DNA from: Squalus acanthias
Lineage: Eukaryota
DNA: 64,000 nucleotides
Reading direction: 5' to 3'
NCBI GenBank assembly: GCA_030390025.1
Contig: CM059432.1
Span: 84,136,001 to 84,200,000 of the forward strand
Under the pieces are notes generated by a model, which saw only the letters and a list, made by a program, of their open reading frames with translations, was not told the DNA's origin and ran no database searches. Position numbers and translations under genes: made by a program. Positions 27,968 through 40,300 of this stretch are shown here, piece after piece (positions within the stretch are counted from its first letter, which is position 1; every line of letters starts with the position of its first letter).

Positions 27968-28051
27968 ATGCAAGGTCAGCTTGCAGCCATGCAAGCTCAG
28001 ACTGCTCTCATGCAAGCTCAGCTTGCTGCCATGCAAGCTCAGACTGCTGCC
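27968..28051 (+). repeat. Four tandem 21-bp units encoding heptads MQGQLAA/MQAQTAL/MQAQLAA/MQAQTAA
   Basis: Read directly; in frame within ORF 27758-28243. Confidence 0.9.
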
Positions 28052-28241
28052 ATCATGGCTGAAGATATCTGTGTTCAAAGGGGCTTGCAGGGCATCACAG
28101 CAGTCCAGCAATCTGTTCTCAAACAGAGTACTGGATTGCTGAGGCGTCACCCTGGGAAAGTGGCAGCCGCTACGCCAGTGCCCTTGCTGTTGCCTGCCAG
28201 CCAGCCAGCCAGCCCAGACGACTGCAGCCCAGGCCAAGATT

Positions 28242-30913
28242 AACACAATTGAAAGGAAGGATATTAGCTCTGATGATGCGGAATCTGTATGGGTAGAACT
28301 GAGAAATAACAAGGGGCAGAAAACGTTAGTGGGAGTGGTATATAGACCTCCAAACAGTAATACGGAGGTTGGGGACGGCATTAAAAGGAAAATTAGAGAA
28401 GTATGCAGTAAGGGCACAGCAGTCATCATGGGTGACTTTAATTTACATATAGATTGGGCTAACCAAATTAGTAAAAATACTTTGGAGGAGGAATTCCTAG
28501 AATGTTTACGGGATGGTTTTCTAGAACAATATGTCGAGGAACCAACCAGAGATCAGGCCATCTTAGACTGGGTATTATGTAACGAGAAAGGATTAATTAG
28601 CAATCTTGTTGTACGAGGCCCCTTGGGTCAGAGTGATCATAATATGATAGAATTCTTCATTAGGATGGAGAGTGAAGCAGTTGAATCAGAGACTAGGGTC
28701 CTGAATTTAAATAAAGGAAACTACGATGGTATGAGGCGCGAATTGGGTAGGATTGATTGGGGAATGTCACTCAAAGGGTTGACGGTGGATAGGCAATGGC
28801 AAACATTCAAAGACTGCATGGATGAACTATAGAATTTATTCATCCCAGTGTGGCATAAGAATAAAACAAAAAGGGTGACTCAACCGTGGCTAACAAGGGA
28901 AATTAGGGATAGCATAAGATCCAAGGAGAGGGCATATAAATTGGCCAGAAAAAGCGGTAACCCTGAGGATTGGGAGCAGCTTAGGATTCAACAAAGGAGG
29001 ACTAAGGGATTAATTAAGAAGGGGAAAATAGAATATGAAAGTAAGCTTGCAGGGAACATAAAAACTTACTGTAAGAGCTTTTATAGATATGTGAAGAGAA
29101 AAAGATTAGTGAAATCAAGTGTAGGTCCCTTGCAGTCAGAAGCGGGGGAAGTTATAATGGGGAACAAAGAAATTACAGACCAATTAAATGCATATTTTGG
29201 TTCTGTCTTCACAAAGGAGGACACAAATAACCTCCCAGAGATGTTGGAGAACATACGGTCTGATGAAAGGGAGGAACTGAAAGAAATCAGTATTTGTAGG
29301 GAAATGGTGTTAGGGAAATTGATGGGATTGAAGGCCGATAAATCCCCAGGGCCTGATAATCTACATCCTAGGGTACTTAAGGAAGTGGCCCTAGAAATAG
29401 TAGATGCATTGCTGATCATCTTCCAACATTCGATGGAATCTGGAACTGTACCCATGGATTGGAGGGTAGCTAATGTTACCCCACTATTCAAAAAGGGTGG
29501 TAGAGAGAAAGCGGGGAATTACAGCCTGACATCGGTAGTGGGGAAAATGCTAGAGTCCATTATAAAGGATGTAATAGCTGAGCACTTGAAAAACAGTGAC
29601 AGGATCGGACAAAGTCAACATGGATTTACAAAAGGTAAATCGTGCTTGACTAATCTACTGGAATTTTTTGAGGATGTAACTGGGAAAATAGATAAGGGTG
29701 AACCAGTAGATGTGGTGTATTTGGACTTTCAGAAGGCTTTCGATAAGGTCCCGCATAAGAGATTAGCATGTAAAGTTAAGGCACATGGGATTGGGGGCAC
29801 GGTATTGACTTGGATAGAGAACTGGTTTGCGGACAGAAAGCAGAGAGTAGGAATTAATGGGTCTTTTTCCGAGTGGCAAGCAGTGACTGGTGGGGTACCG
29901 CAGGGATCGGTCCTTGGACCCCAGCTATTCACAATATACATTAATGATCTAGATAAGGGAACTAAATCTAATATCTCCAAGTTTGCAGATGACACAAAGC
30001 TGGGTGGGAGTGTGTGCTGTGAGGAGGATACCGAGAAACTCCAGGATGATTTGGACAGGTTGGGTGAGTGGGCAGAAGCGTGGCAGATGCAATATAACGT
30101 GGATAAATGCGAGGTTATCCACTTTGGTGTCAAAAACAGAAAGGCAGACTATTATCTGAATGGCAATGGATTGGGAGAAGGGGAAGTGCAACGAGACCTG
30201 GGTGTCCTTGTGCACCAGTCGCTGAAGGTAAGCATGCAGGTGCAGCAGGCGGTGAAGAAGGCAAATGGTATGTTGGCCTTCATAGCGAAAGGGTTTGAGT
30301 ATAGGAACAGGGATGTCCTGCTGCAGTTGTACAGGGCCTTGGTGAGACCACACCTTGAGTACTGTGTGCAGTTTTGGTCGCCTTATCTGAGGAAGGATGT
30401 TCTTGCCATGGAAGGAGTTCAGCGAAGATTCACAAGGCTGATACCTGGGATGGCAGGAATGACATATGAGGAGAGATTGGGTCGATTGGGGTTATACTCG
30501 CTGTAGTATAGAAGAATGAGAGGGGATCTCATCGAGACATATAAAATTCTGACAGGTCTGGACAAACTAGATGCAGCAAGAATATTCCCGATGGTCAGAG
30601 AATCCAGAACCAGGGGTCATAATCTAAGGATAAGGGGTAAGCCATTTAGGACAGAAATGAGGAAGAATTTCTTCACCCAGAGAGTGGTGAACCTGTGGAA
30701 TTCTCTACCACAGAAGGTAGTTGAGGCCAAGTCATTAAATATATTCAAGAATGAGTTAGATATATTTCTTAAAGCTAAAGGTATCAAGGGATATGGGGAG
30801 AAGGCAGGTACAGGGTACTGAGTTTGGATGATCAGCCGTGATCTCATCGAATGGCGGAGCAGGCTCGAGGGGCCGAATGGCCTACTCCTGCTCCTATCTT
30901 CTATGTTTCTATG
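28242..30913 (+). mobile_element. 5'-truncated CR1 LINE, ORF2 nearly open (stops at 28830 and 30504)
   Basis: YRPP, GDFN, SDHN, PQGSVLGP and FADD motifs. 3' hairpin and TTCTATGT repeats. Apparent TSD AGATT at 28237-28241 / 30914-30918. Confidence 0.96.
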
Positions 30914-33900
30914 AGATTGTGCAGTCTACACCGGGCCATCTAGGCACATGGAAGAGGCACTCAGAGAATTCACAAAGGTGATTAGTTTATTTTTGTATGC
31001 ACTATACTGTTGACTGCTGCCATCATGGCTGAGGATACCTTTGTTCAAAGGGGCTTGCAGCGTGTCACAGCAGTCCAGCAATCTGTTCTCCAACTCCTCC
31101 CCGGGGGAATGGCAGTGACTGCATGGAGCATGAACCTGCTGTCCTCTCTCAGGATAACAGCATTCGTCCTCCCATCCCTACCACTCCGCCAGTGCCCTTG
31201 CTTTTGCCTGTCAGCCGGCTAGCCCGGACTGCTGCCGCCCATGCCAAATTGGTGCAGTTCAAAGCCTGGCCTTCTAACTGCAGAGCTACTTGAGGTCGTC
31301 CTCCAAGGCCATCTCCAGTCTCCCCCACTGAAAGTCAGCATCCTTTCACAAGCCATGCTGCAGCCACTGGGGTAGGACTGCGTAGGAGCACTAGGACAGG
31401 CAAAGGCACATGGAAGACAGGTACTAAGGGAATGCACAAGGGTGATTAGTTGATGTTTGTATACAATATGGCATGCTTTGATTCATAAATTTGGTTTGAA
31501 ATGTTTATTTTGTGTTGGCTTTTATTTTTGCATTGTGACTAAGCAGACGCTGTCATGGTCAGTGACAGAGGAAGGTAATGTGTGGGACTGTTGGTGAATG
31601 GGGAATTGGGGTTCTGTTCACTGGTATCGCAGTCGGATAAGTTGTTCACGGACAGATTGGCCAGAAAGGGGCTGTCTAGGTTGTCTCCTCTCTTCCTCTT
31701 CCTCCTGCTCCTCAGCTGCTCGCTGTATAGCTGGTAGCAGGGGCTGTGCCCTCATGAAGTCGAGGTTGTGCAACATGCAGAAGACTACCACAAATCTTGA
31801 CACCAGCTCTGCCAAGTACTGCTGGGCTCCTCCAGTGCGGTCTCGGCAGTGGAAGCATTGCTTCAGCATGCCATAGTCTGCTCTATCACATTTTGTGTGG
31901 CAGTATGGCTTTCATTGTATGCATGCTGTCCACGTGTGCCTGAGTAGCGCACCAGAGCCATGTGCCATGCTACCCAATAGCCACCCTTTGGTTTGACGTG
32001 GTGGCTCAAATGCAGATGGCACTGTAGACTGCCGCAGAATGAAGGCAATCATGACTGCTGCCAGGATTCCGGGCATTGACCTGCATGATTCGTTGCCTAT
32101 GGTTGCGCACCAGCTGGACGTTGAGGGTGTGGAATCCCTTTCAGTTGCGGTACATCTCAGCATTGACATGCGGCGCCCGCAAAGTGACATGCGTGCAGTC
32201 AATGGCACCCTGCTCCATGGCGAAGCCTGCAATCCTCGCGAGGCATGCGTGCTCACTACGCCTGCTGGTCTCTGGTACGAGAGAAGGAAGTGTTGTCAGC
32301 TCTCTTTGAATAGAGTGCCTCAGTGACCTCCCTTACGCAACAGCGGACGGCAAACTGCGAGATGTTGCAAATATCTCCTGTTGCAGCCTGGAAGGAGCCC
32401 GACACATAAAAGTTCATGGCCACAGTCACCTTCAAAGCCACTGGCACTGCGATCCTTGCCCTGCTCTGAAGTTGCAGTTGTGGCTGCACCAGGTGGCAGA
32501 TTTCAGTGAGGACGTCCTTACTGAAATGCAGACGCCTCACACACTGTTCCTCACTGGGGTTCAGGTCGGAAAATTGCTCCCTGAACACCCTAGGTGGATA
32601 TGGCCTTCTGCTGAGAGCCCTTTTCCCCCCTCCTTCCTCTTCTAGCAGCTTGCCCTGATCTGTGTCGTCTCTGCTCATTCTCCCAGTCATGCTGTATTCC
32701 AAGGGGAATGCCTACTACTGCACCCATGTCTGGGAGCAAATGGTTTGTGAAGAAGCCTTGACATCAGGACAAAGTCCTTCAGCACCTGCCACTCCACTGT
32801 AGACTTTAGCAACTTTAAAGAACTCTAGAAAGCACCAAGCACTTGTACAATTGTAGCAACAGCCAGTAGAAATCATTCAGCAACTAACCTGATGGTGGTG
32901 GGGGCTCCTTCCTGCTGCTGAATGCGTGTTCAGCTGTGCGAGCTTAAGAGAGGGCGTTAGCAGGAGTGTTGAGCTCCAAAATGGCAGTGCTGGTGTCAAA
33001 TCAGCATTACACGCCGATTGATGTTATGATCTGCCTATTCTGCATACTTCTGGCGGTAGCTCACTGCGCATGCGATAACGCCCTCACCAATATGGCATCT
33101 GGCCTGACTCGCACCAGAAGTGTGTGCGCGCGCCCGGACACTATTTTGGACCTCTATGGGCACTCGTAGCACCCAAAAAAGGGCAATACTGATCCGAATT
33201 TTGTGTTCCCCATGTTTTTGATCTCTGCCTAGATTTCCAACTATTAATGTCAAGATTTAAATGTTATCAATCAAAAAATCTAGGCTAATGTGTTCTATCG
33301 GTGTATCTGTTCATCTGCAGTATTATGTTCATCTGCAATATTATCCATAGCAAAATGTATGATACTGATTTGAATCACCATTAATCATTATAAATAAACA
33401 ATGCACTTAGGAGAAGGATAAACAGCAAACACACGGTATCGAGCAATCATTTCCTAATAGATTGTCTAAGATATTTTCATGCTGGTGAGTGAGTGCAGTG
33501 GGAGCATTTTGCCAATGTGGTCAATGCCAGCAGTGTAGCCCCGACAACCTGGACTCAGTGCAGGAAAAAGTTTAATGACCTCACACGCGTGGTCAAGGTC
33601 AGTGAATTCATATCTCACCATCTGCACCACTAGCCTCACACACTGCTCAATGCACCACACCCCCAACTCTCACTGACCAACAATCTCTACCAAACACGAC
33701 TCATATATTACATTACAAAGGCAAAATACTGCGGATGCTGTAAATAAAACATAGAAAAATAGGAGCAGGAGAAGGCCATTCGGCCCTTCGAGCCGGCTCC
33801 GCCATTCAATATGATCATGGCTGATCCTCTATCTCAATACCATATTCCCGCTCTCTCCCCATACCCCTTGATGCCTTTTGTGTCTAGAAATCTATCTATC

Positions 33901-34191
33901 TCCTTCTTAACTATATTCAGTGACTTGGCCTCCACAGCCTTCTGTAGTAGAGAATTCCACAGGTTCACCACCCTCTGAGTGAAGAAATTTCTCCTCATCT
34001 CAGTCCTAAATGTCCTATCCCGTATCTTGAGACTGTGACCCCTCATTCTAGATCCCCCAGCCAGAGGAAACATCCTCCCTGCATCCAGTCTGTCTAGCCC
34101 TGTCAGAATTTTATACGTTTCAATGAGATCCCCTCTCATTCTTCTAAACTCTAGAGAATACAGGCCTAGTTGACCCAATATCTCCTCATAC

Positions 34192-35641
34192 TGAAGGGAT
34201 AATTACTAGTCCTAGCCCTTTTCGGGCCACCCCGGATCAGGCGTATTCCCCAGACGTTCACCTTCAACTAAAGTTAGAGATAGCCGAATCCTATAAGACA
34301 CTTAATTGGGTCTAAAGGCTCAGGCTATCTCTCCCTAAAGGAAAGAAATGACTTGAAGATGTTACCGTCCTCCAGATAGCACTTTTAGTAAGTTTAACTA
34401 GACTGTAACCTTCCGGATATTATGAGGGTCCGGAAACCCCCCCCAGAATTCTGCAACTCCTCACAAAAGTGTGTACAGAGATTGAGTTCGCGAGTTTGAT
34501 ACAGAAATACTATGTGAGACAATTCTAAATATAGATTTATTAAAGAACCGACACGCAGCTAACAGTTGGTGATTCAATCGCAACTTTAACAGTTCAAAAT
34601 ACAAATAGCTTACATTTCTTATCAGAGATCCTTATTCTCAAATCTTAACTTCGTTACATTTCCACACTTCGTACTCATTCTTAATCCCAAATATCCACCA
34701 AAATCAAATAAAAGTACCTTTTTGATCCCCGAGACTCAAAGAGTTAAAAACTTACAGAGCTTGCCTCTGAAGTTGAGAATCGCTTGCCCCTTCCAGCGAC
34801 TTCTGACTTCCTATCTGAAAGTTCCATATCTTATACTCTTTTTACAGTGGCATATCCTTTGACGTTTTCTGCTGATGTAAGCTAATTATCTCTAGTCATT
34901 CTTTCTGTTGACTTCTTTCTAATCTTACTGTCAGTTCAGCTGTTAACTTGCAGACTTCTGTCTCTACCTTTAGGTGTTCAAATCTTATCATAAAAAACAA
35001 TTTGACAGTAGTTTTTTATTTGATGCCATTCGTACGAAGGTCCTCCACTCAATGCTCAAACCACCCCAGCTGCTCGCAAGCCAGACTTCGCGTCTCTCAA
35101 GTTCAATACAAAAACCATATGATTACTTGGTGCATCTCTTGATGTAATATTTACAAAGTCTTCTGTTTGTACCTTTTACAATATGTAAATCAAAAACACT
35201 TCAACCGAGTACTTGATTGTTTCCCCAGCCATCTTAGTTGGTTATATTACAAACTTATGTCTCCTGTCTTTCATTTGATGTTACTTTTACAAAGGCACAG
35301 GTTTCTTTAATGTTCTGTGTTTCTGTTCGAAGTGTTAGTTTTTAACACTTTAAACTGGGTAATGGTATTGTGTTGGTTTCAAACTGCAGACTTTCTGGAA
35401 GAAACCCTTTGCTTCTTCAATAGGGTCATTGTTTTAGTATTTACAACCAATTCCCATTTCAAAAGCTTGTATGGTGTTTACAGCTTTGTGTTAACAAGCT
35501 CATCTTATCTCAGAAGCCTGTATTTACAGCTTTGTGTCGTTGAGGCTTTTAGATTTTTAAATCCAGTTTGTCATATTTTAATAATGTCAGAATTCTTTCA
35601 TAGGATGGTGTATTTTTCTGAAATATGGCTATTCCTTTACA
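34192..35641 (-). mobile_element. 1450-bp solo LTR (retrovirus- or Gypsy-like)
   Basis: TG...CA termini and exact 4-bp TSD ATAC (34188-34191 / 35642-35645) inside a CR1. Minus-strand TATAA at 34835-34831 and AATAAA near 34541-34536. No recognisable coding domain. Confidence 0.8.
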
Positions 35642-37022
35642 ATACGACAGTCCTGCCATCCCAGGAATCAGCCCTGCACTCCCTCTATGGCAAGTATATG
35701 CTTTCTTAGGTAAGGAGACCAAAACTGCACACAGTACTCCAGGTGTGGTCTCACCAAGGCCCTGTATAACTGTAGTAAGACATCCTTGCTCCTGTGCTCA
35801 AATCCTCTTGCAATGAAGGCCAACATACCATTTGCCTTCCTAACTGCTTGCTGCACCTGCATGATTGCTTTCAGTGACTGGTGTACAAGGACACCCAGGT
35901 CCCTCTGTACATCAACATTTCCCAATCTATCACCATTTAAATAATACTCTGCCTTTCTGTTTTTCCTACTGAATTGGATAGCTTCACATTTATCTACGTT
36001 ATACTGCATCTGCCATGTATTTTCCCACTCACTCAACTTGTCTAAATCGCCTTGAAGCCTCTTTGCATCCTCCTCACAACTCACAATCCCACCTAGTTTT
36101 GTGTCGTCAGCAAACTTGGAAATATTACATTTGGTTCCCTCATCTAAATCATTCATATATATTGTGAATAGCTGAGGCCCAAGCACTGATCCCTGCAGTA
36201 CCCCACTAGTCACCGCCTGCAACCCCGAAAAAGACCCATTTATTCCTACTCTCTGTTTCCTGTCTGTTAACCAATTTTCAATCCATGCCAGTATATTACC
36301 CCAATCCCATGTACTTTAATTTTGCACACTAACCTCTTATGAGGGACTTTATCAAAGGCCTTCTGCAAATCCAAATACACCACATCCACTGGTTCTCACT
36401 TATCTATTCTACCAGTTACATCCTCAAAAAACTCCAGTAGGTTTGTCAAACACGATTTCCCTTTCATAAATCCATGTTGACTTTGTCTAATCCCATTGAT
36501 ATTTTCTAAGGGGTAAAAATTCACTTGGTTGCGCCTCCCGTTAGCGCCTTAAGAGGGCGCTAATGGGGCGTTAAGCCGCTAACGCCCGGGCGCAGCGCTG
36601 TTTGCGCCGCTCGAGAACTTAACTTGAAATTGTGCGGCGGCGCTAAAACTTACCGCTGCGACCACCTGCGCGCGCAGATTGTGACGTCATTCCATGGTGC
36701 AACGCCCTTGGGGCGCCCCGGAGCGGAAATTGAGTGGCGCCCCCTGCCTTACCGCCTGGCGCTTCCAACGACCGGAAGACTGGAACGTTATCAATCGGTG
36801 TGGGGCTGGGGGGGGGCGCTATTTAAAGGGGGCCTCTTCCTGTCTTTTTCTGTGGTCGACATTTATGCACCACTCGTTCTGAGAGAGAGAGAGAGATTCG
36901 GAGAGAGAGAGAGAGAGACTTCTACATTGACTCAACGCTTTGTGAGGTAGTTTGGCCTAGTTCATCCTAACTTTGTTGCTACTTTAGTTGCTGTACCTCA
37001 TTACTTTTCTGGCAAAGAGAAT

Positions 37023-38183
37023 ATGGGGGCTGCAATGATTGGGGGCGTCGTCCTGCTCCAGCTGAATCGGAGGATACCGAGACGCAGACAGAGAGTGGCA
37101 ATGATGGCCAGACGGAGGAGGGCCATCAGGCGCATGTACAGGAGAGCTTACCCTCCCAGGGTATATCGTGAACAGCTCTCCTACATCCATATGTCCGAGG
37201 AGCTGTGTTTGCGAAGGCTGCGATTCAGCAAGGAGGTGGTCACTGAGCTCTGCCACCTGCTGCAGACAGATCTGCAGCCTCAACTGAGGTCCAGGACGTC
37301 TCTGTCGGTGGCAGTGAAGGTCACAGTGGCTTTGAACTTCTACGCCACTGGCTTATTCCAAGCTGCTGTTGGGGACCTCGCCAATATCTCCCAGTTTGCG
37401 GTGCATCGCTGCATCCGGCAGGTCACCAATGCCCTCTTCAGAAGGAGACGAGACTTCATCTCTTTCCCTATGACCCCAGACAAGCAGCGTGACCGTGCTC
37501 TGGGCTTTGCGAGGGTAGCGGGCTTCCCCATGGTGCAGGGCGCCATTGACTGCACGCATGTGGCTTTGCGTGCTCCGCGAGAGAATGCAGAGGAATTCAG
37601 GAACAGAAAGGGGTTCCATTCCTTGAATGTGCAGTTGGTCTGTGACCACAGACAGGTGATACTCGCTGTCAATGCCCACTATCCGGGCAGCTGCCACGAT
37701 GCTTTCATCCTGCGCCAGACTACTGTGGCAGAAGTTTTCGAGGCACCGCATCAGCCAGTTGGTTGGCTTCTCGGGGACAAGGGGTACGCATTGAGCACCT
37801 GGCTGATGACACCGCTCCGTACGCCAAACACCCCTGCTGAGCTGCGGTACAATGAAAGCCATCAAGCAACCAGGAACATTATTGAGCGCACAATCGGCGT
37901 GCTGAAACAACGGTTCCGCTGTCTGGACCATTCCGGAGGAGCCCTGCAGTACTCGCCTGAGCAAGTTTCGAACTTCGTAGTCGTGTGCTGCATGTTGCAC
38001 AACATGGCAATCCTCAGGACCCAGCCAATGCCACCAGGCCTTGTAGCACCACCAGAGGAGGAGGAGGAAGAGGAGGAAGAGGACGAGGACGATGATCATC
38101 AGCAGCACCAAGGCAGGAGGGCGGCCCACAATGGTCAAACTGCAAGGGCCGTCCGTCAACGACTAATAGCAAGCCGCTTCTAG
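37023..38183 (+). CDS. PIF/Harbinger DDE transposase (HARBI1-like), 386 aa, intact
   Basis: Uninterrupted ORF with an N-terminal HTH-like region. Catalytic-type motifs GAIDCTH, LGDKGY and IIERTIG; HDAFIL; acidic tail. Confidence 0.95.
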   Translation: MGAAMIGGVVLLQLNRRIPRRRQRVAMMARRRRAIRRMYRRAYPPRVYREQLSYIHMSEELCLRRLRFSKEVVTELCHLLQTDLQPQLRSRTSLSVAVKVTVALNFYATGLFQAAVGDLANISQFAVHRCIRQVTNALFRRRRDFISFPMTPDKQRDRALGFARVAGFPMVQGAIDCTHVALRAPRENAEEFRNRKGFHSLNVQLVCDHRQVILAVNAHYPGSCHDAFILRQTTVAEVFEAPHQPVGWLLGDKGYALSTWLMTPLRTPNTPAELRYNESHQATRNIIERTIGVLKQRFRCLDHSGGALQYSPEQVSNFVVVCCMLHNMAILRTQPMPPGLVAPPEEEEEEEEEDEDDDHQQHQGRRAAHNGQTARAVRQRLIASRF

Positions 38184-38477
38184 GGCCCCTGCCATTGCTA
38201 CAAACACAAATCAACCCAGCACGCAACCCCTAAGCCGGCCAAGGCACCAATAATTCCAAGCACCAGCCATGTATATTTTGAAAACAGAAACTTATTTATT
38301 TTACAAACTCTGTGTGTGTCAATTCCTCATGACAAACTCATAGAAATAAACACCAAAAAACAGTCAATAACATAACTGGTTCTCACAACCTGGAGATAAT
38401 GTCCAAAACACTAAACAAAAGTTGGACCATGAACCTCGGCCTTTAATAAAAAAATGACCAGCATTTTGTCACACCTC

Positions 38478-40300
38478 CTACTTTTTGCCCTTCGAGGGTG
38501 ATCTCCTTCCCTTGCGCACTTCCCCCCTTCTAACCCTACTGCTCCTCTGTAATGGGACCTCAGTGGCTGCAGCAAGGCTGGTGGAAGGCTGCTGCTCGTC
38601 AGACCCTGACACTGCAGATGCCCCTGAAGGACGGCCTCGACCAGTTCTGGGCCTGGAGGGCCCGGCTGCAGACTGCACCAACTCTGCATGGGCGGCAGCA
38701 GTCTGTCCTACAGGCGGTGGCAAGTGCAGTGGAGAAGTGACAGTGTTGGCAGCAGGAATGCTGTCATCGTGAGAGAGGACAGCAACTCCCTGCTCGCCCG
38801 ACACACTGGCACTCCCACGGGGCAGCACTTCAGCATCCGGAGCAATCTGCCGGAGAACAGATTGCTGGCCTGCTGCGGCGCGGTGACAGCCCCGGGGACA
38901 TGTGCACGAACCATCGAGGTTGGCAGCAGTCTGTGCTCGCGTGGCCTCCATCTGAGTCTGTATGAGAGCAGTCAGAGGTGGGATCACGGCAGCCAGTGAC
39001 TGAATTGCAGCACTAAGCGTTAGTGTGGCATCCGCCTGTGCTACAGCGAAGTGCTCCACACTCCTTGCCAGTGACTCAATGCATTCGGGCACCCTTCCCA
39101 CTGCACCCATGAGCTCAGTGTGTATGCCCACCGCCTGGGTGTTCATTTCTGCAATCAGCCGCTCCTCCTCTGCGTCCATTGCAGTAGGAGTGTCTGGCAT
39201 ACTCTCCCTCTGGGGAGAAGGCCCCCGTTCTTCCCTACCCCCCCCATGGTGTTGCTGCAGCCCGCTGGGTCCTGGAGCTTCACCATCATCAGCCCCTTCC
39301 CCCCTGCTCCCCTCCGGGGAAGGCGTGTTCCCAGTGTGGGCATGGGCTTCCTCGGGAGAGGGTGGCACTGATGCTCTGGCTTCCTCTTCCTCCTCAGCTG
39401 CAGCATCACTCCCAGTGGCAGCTTCAGGGCCCGTCTCCTCAGCTGGTGAATCACCATCTGAAAGCAGGGAGGTACAAGAGTGGCTTTAGCGTGAGGACAG
39501 GGTGGCAGTAAGGGAGGAATAAGTGCAGCGAGTTAGCAAGTTGGATTGAAAGTGTCAAAGGCTGGTATTGTGAGGGACAAGTGGAAGGACAGAGGACAAA
39601 AAGGTGATGACCTTACCATTGCTGTCCAGAACGGGGTCGGCGTCTCCAGTGGCGACGGGACCGATCACCCGGCTTGCCACAATCCTGTGGACGCGCTCCT
39701 CCAGATCGCTGAGGGGTTGCAGCTGAAGCCGCCCTCCACCCGTCCGTTGCTGCTGTCTCCGATTATGAGCCAGCTTAGCCTGCAAGAAAAAGGACAGCAT
39801 CTGAGTAAATATACAGCCATGGTCTTGCCTGATGTGCCTCCCATAGGTGAATAGCCCTTACAATATACAGCCATGGTCTTGCCTGATGTGCCTCCCATAG
39901 GTGAATAGCCCTTACTGTATGCAAAGTGTAGAATGTGTGTGTGTGTTTGATGAAAGGGCCATAGGTGTTGGATGAGTGTTGTGCATTGGGGTTTTAAGAC
40001 CCTCTGGCCATAGAGTGAGGTTGAGATGGAGGGATGGAGAGGTATTGAGAAAAAGCCACTCACCCTGACGACCCGAGTGAGGTCGTTGAACTTTTTGCGG
40101 CATTGAACATGGGTCCTGGGCACCATGCTCCTGGAGGAGACGCTCTGAGCCACCTCCCTCCACACTCTTCTGAACTCGCGTGGCAAAGGCCTCCTGCCAC
40201 TCTCCGGGAACAGCATGCATCGTCTGCGCTCCACTGCGTCAACCAGAGCATCCAAGGCCCGCTCGGTGAAGCGATGAGTGCGTTCTTTCACCCTCTCCAT
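38478..40300 (-). CDS. Myb/SANT-like DNA-binding partner, spliced 40300-40064, 39779-39617, 39457-38478 = 1380 nt, 459 aa
   Basis: Canonical GT-AG introns (phases 0 and 1) join into one stop-free frame. RFTERALDALV...WREVAQ...QCRKKFNDL motif and basic C-terminus. Confidence 0.88.
39814..39921. repeat. 54-bp tandem duplication in partner intron 1 (also at ~21014-21121 and ~52604-52711)
   Basis: CAGCCATGGTCTTGCCTGATGTGCCTCCCATAGGTGAATAGCCCTTA starts at 39814 and again at 39868. Confidence 0.9.

Larger units (their letters stand above)
26653..33210 (-). mobile_element. Decayed Harbinger in reverse orientation (partner gene +, transposase - at 32727-31618), carrying a SINE and a CR1
   Basis: Partner exon 2 at ~26769 and exon 3 from ~27081. 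Transposase motifs RPYPPRVFRE, LKQCFHC and CMLHN. TIR-like CCGAATTTTGTGTTCCCC near 33195-33210. Confidence 0.85.

Noticed and set aside
35317..35709. 130-aa hydrophobic ORF as a viral accessory gene
   Set aside because: It is antisense to the inferred LTR orientation, crosses the LTR/CR1 junction and reflects T-rich composition.
37023..38183. Calling the transposase the domesticated host gene HARBI1 (or the partner NAIF1)
   Set aside because: It is multi-copy, bounded by TIRs and TSDs and inserted in a LINE, so it is a mobile element.
39814..39921. CRISPR-like array
   Set aside because: Only two adjacent units, no spacers, and a eukaryotic intron context.
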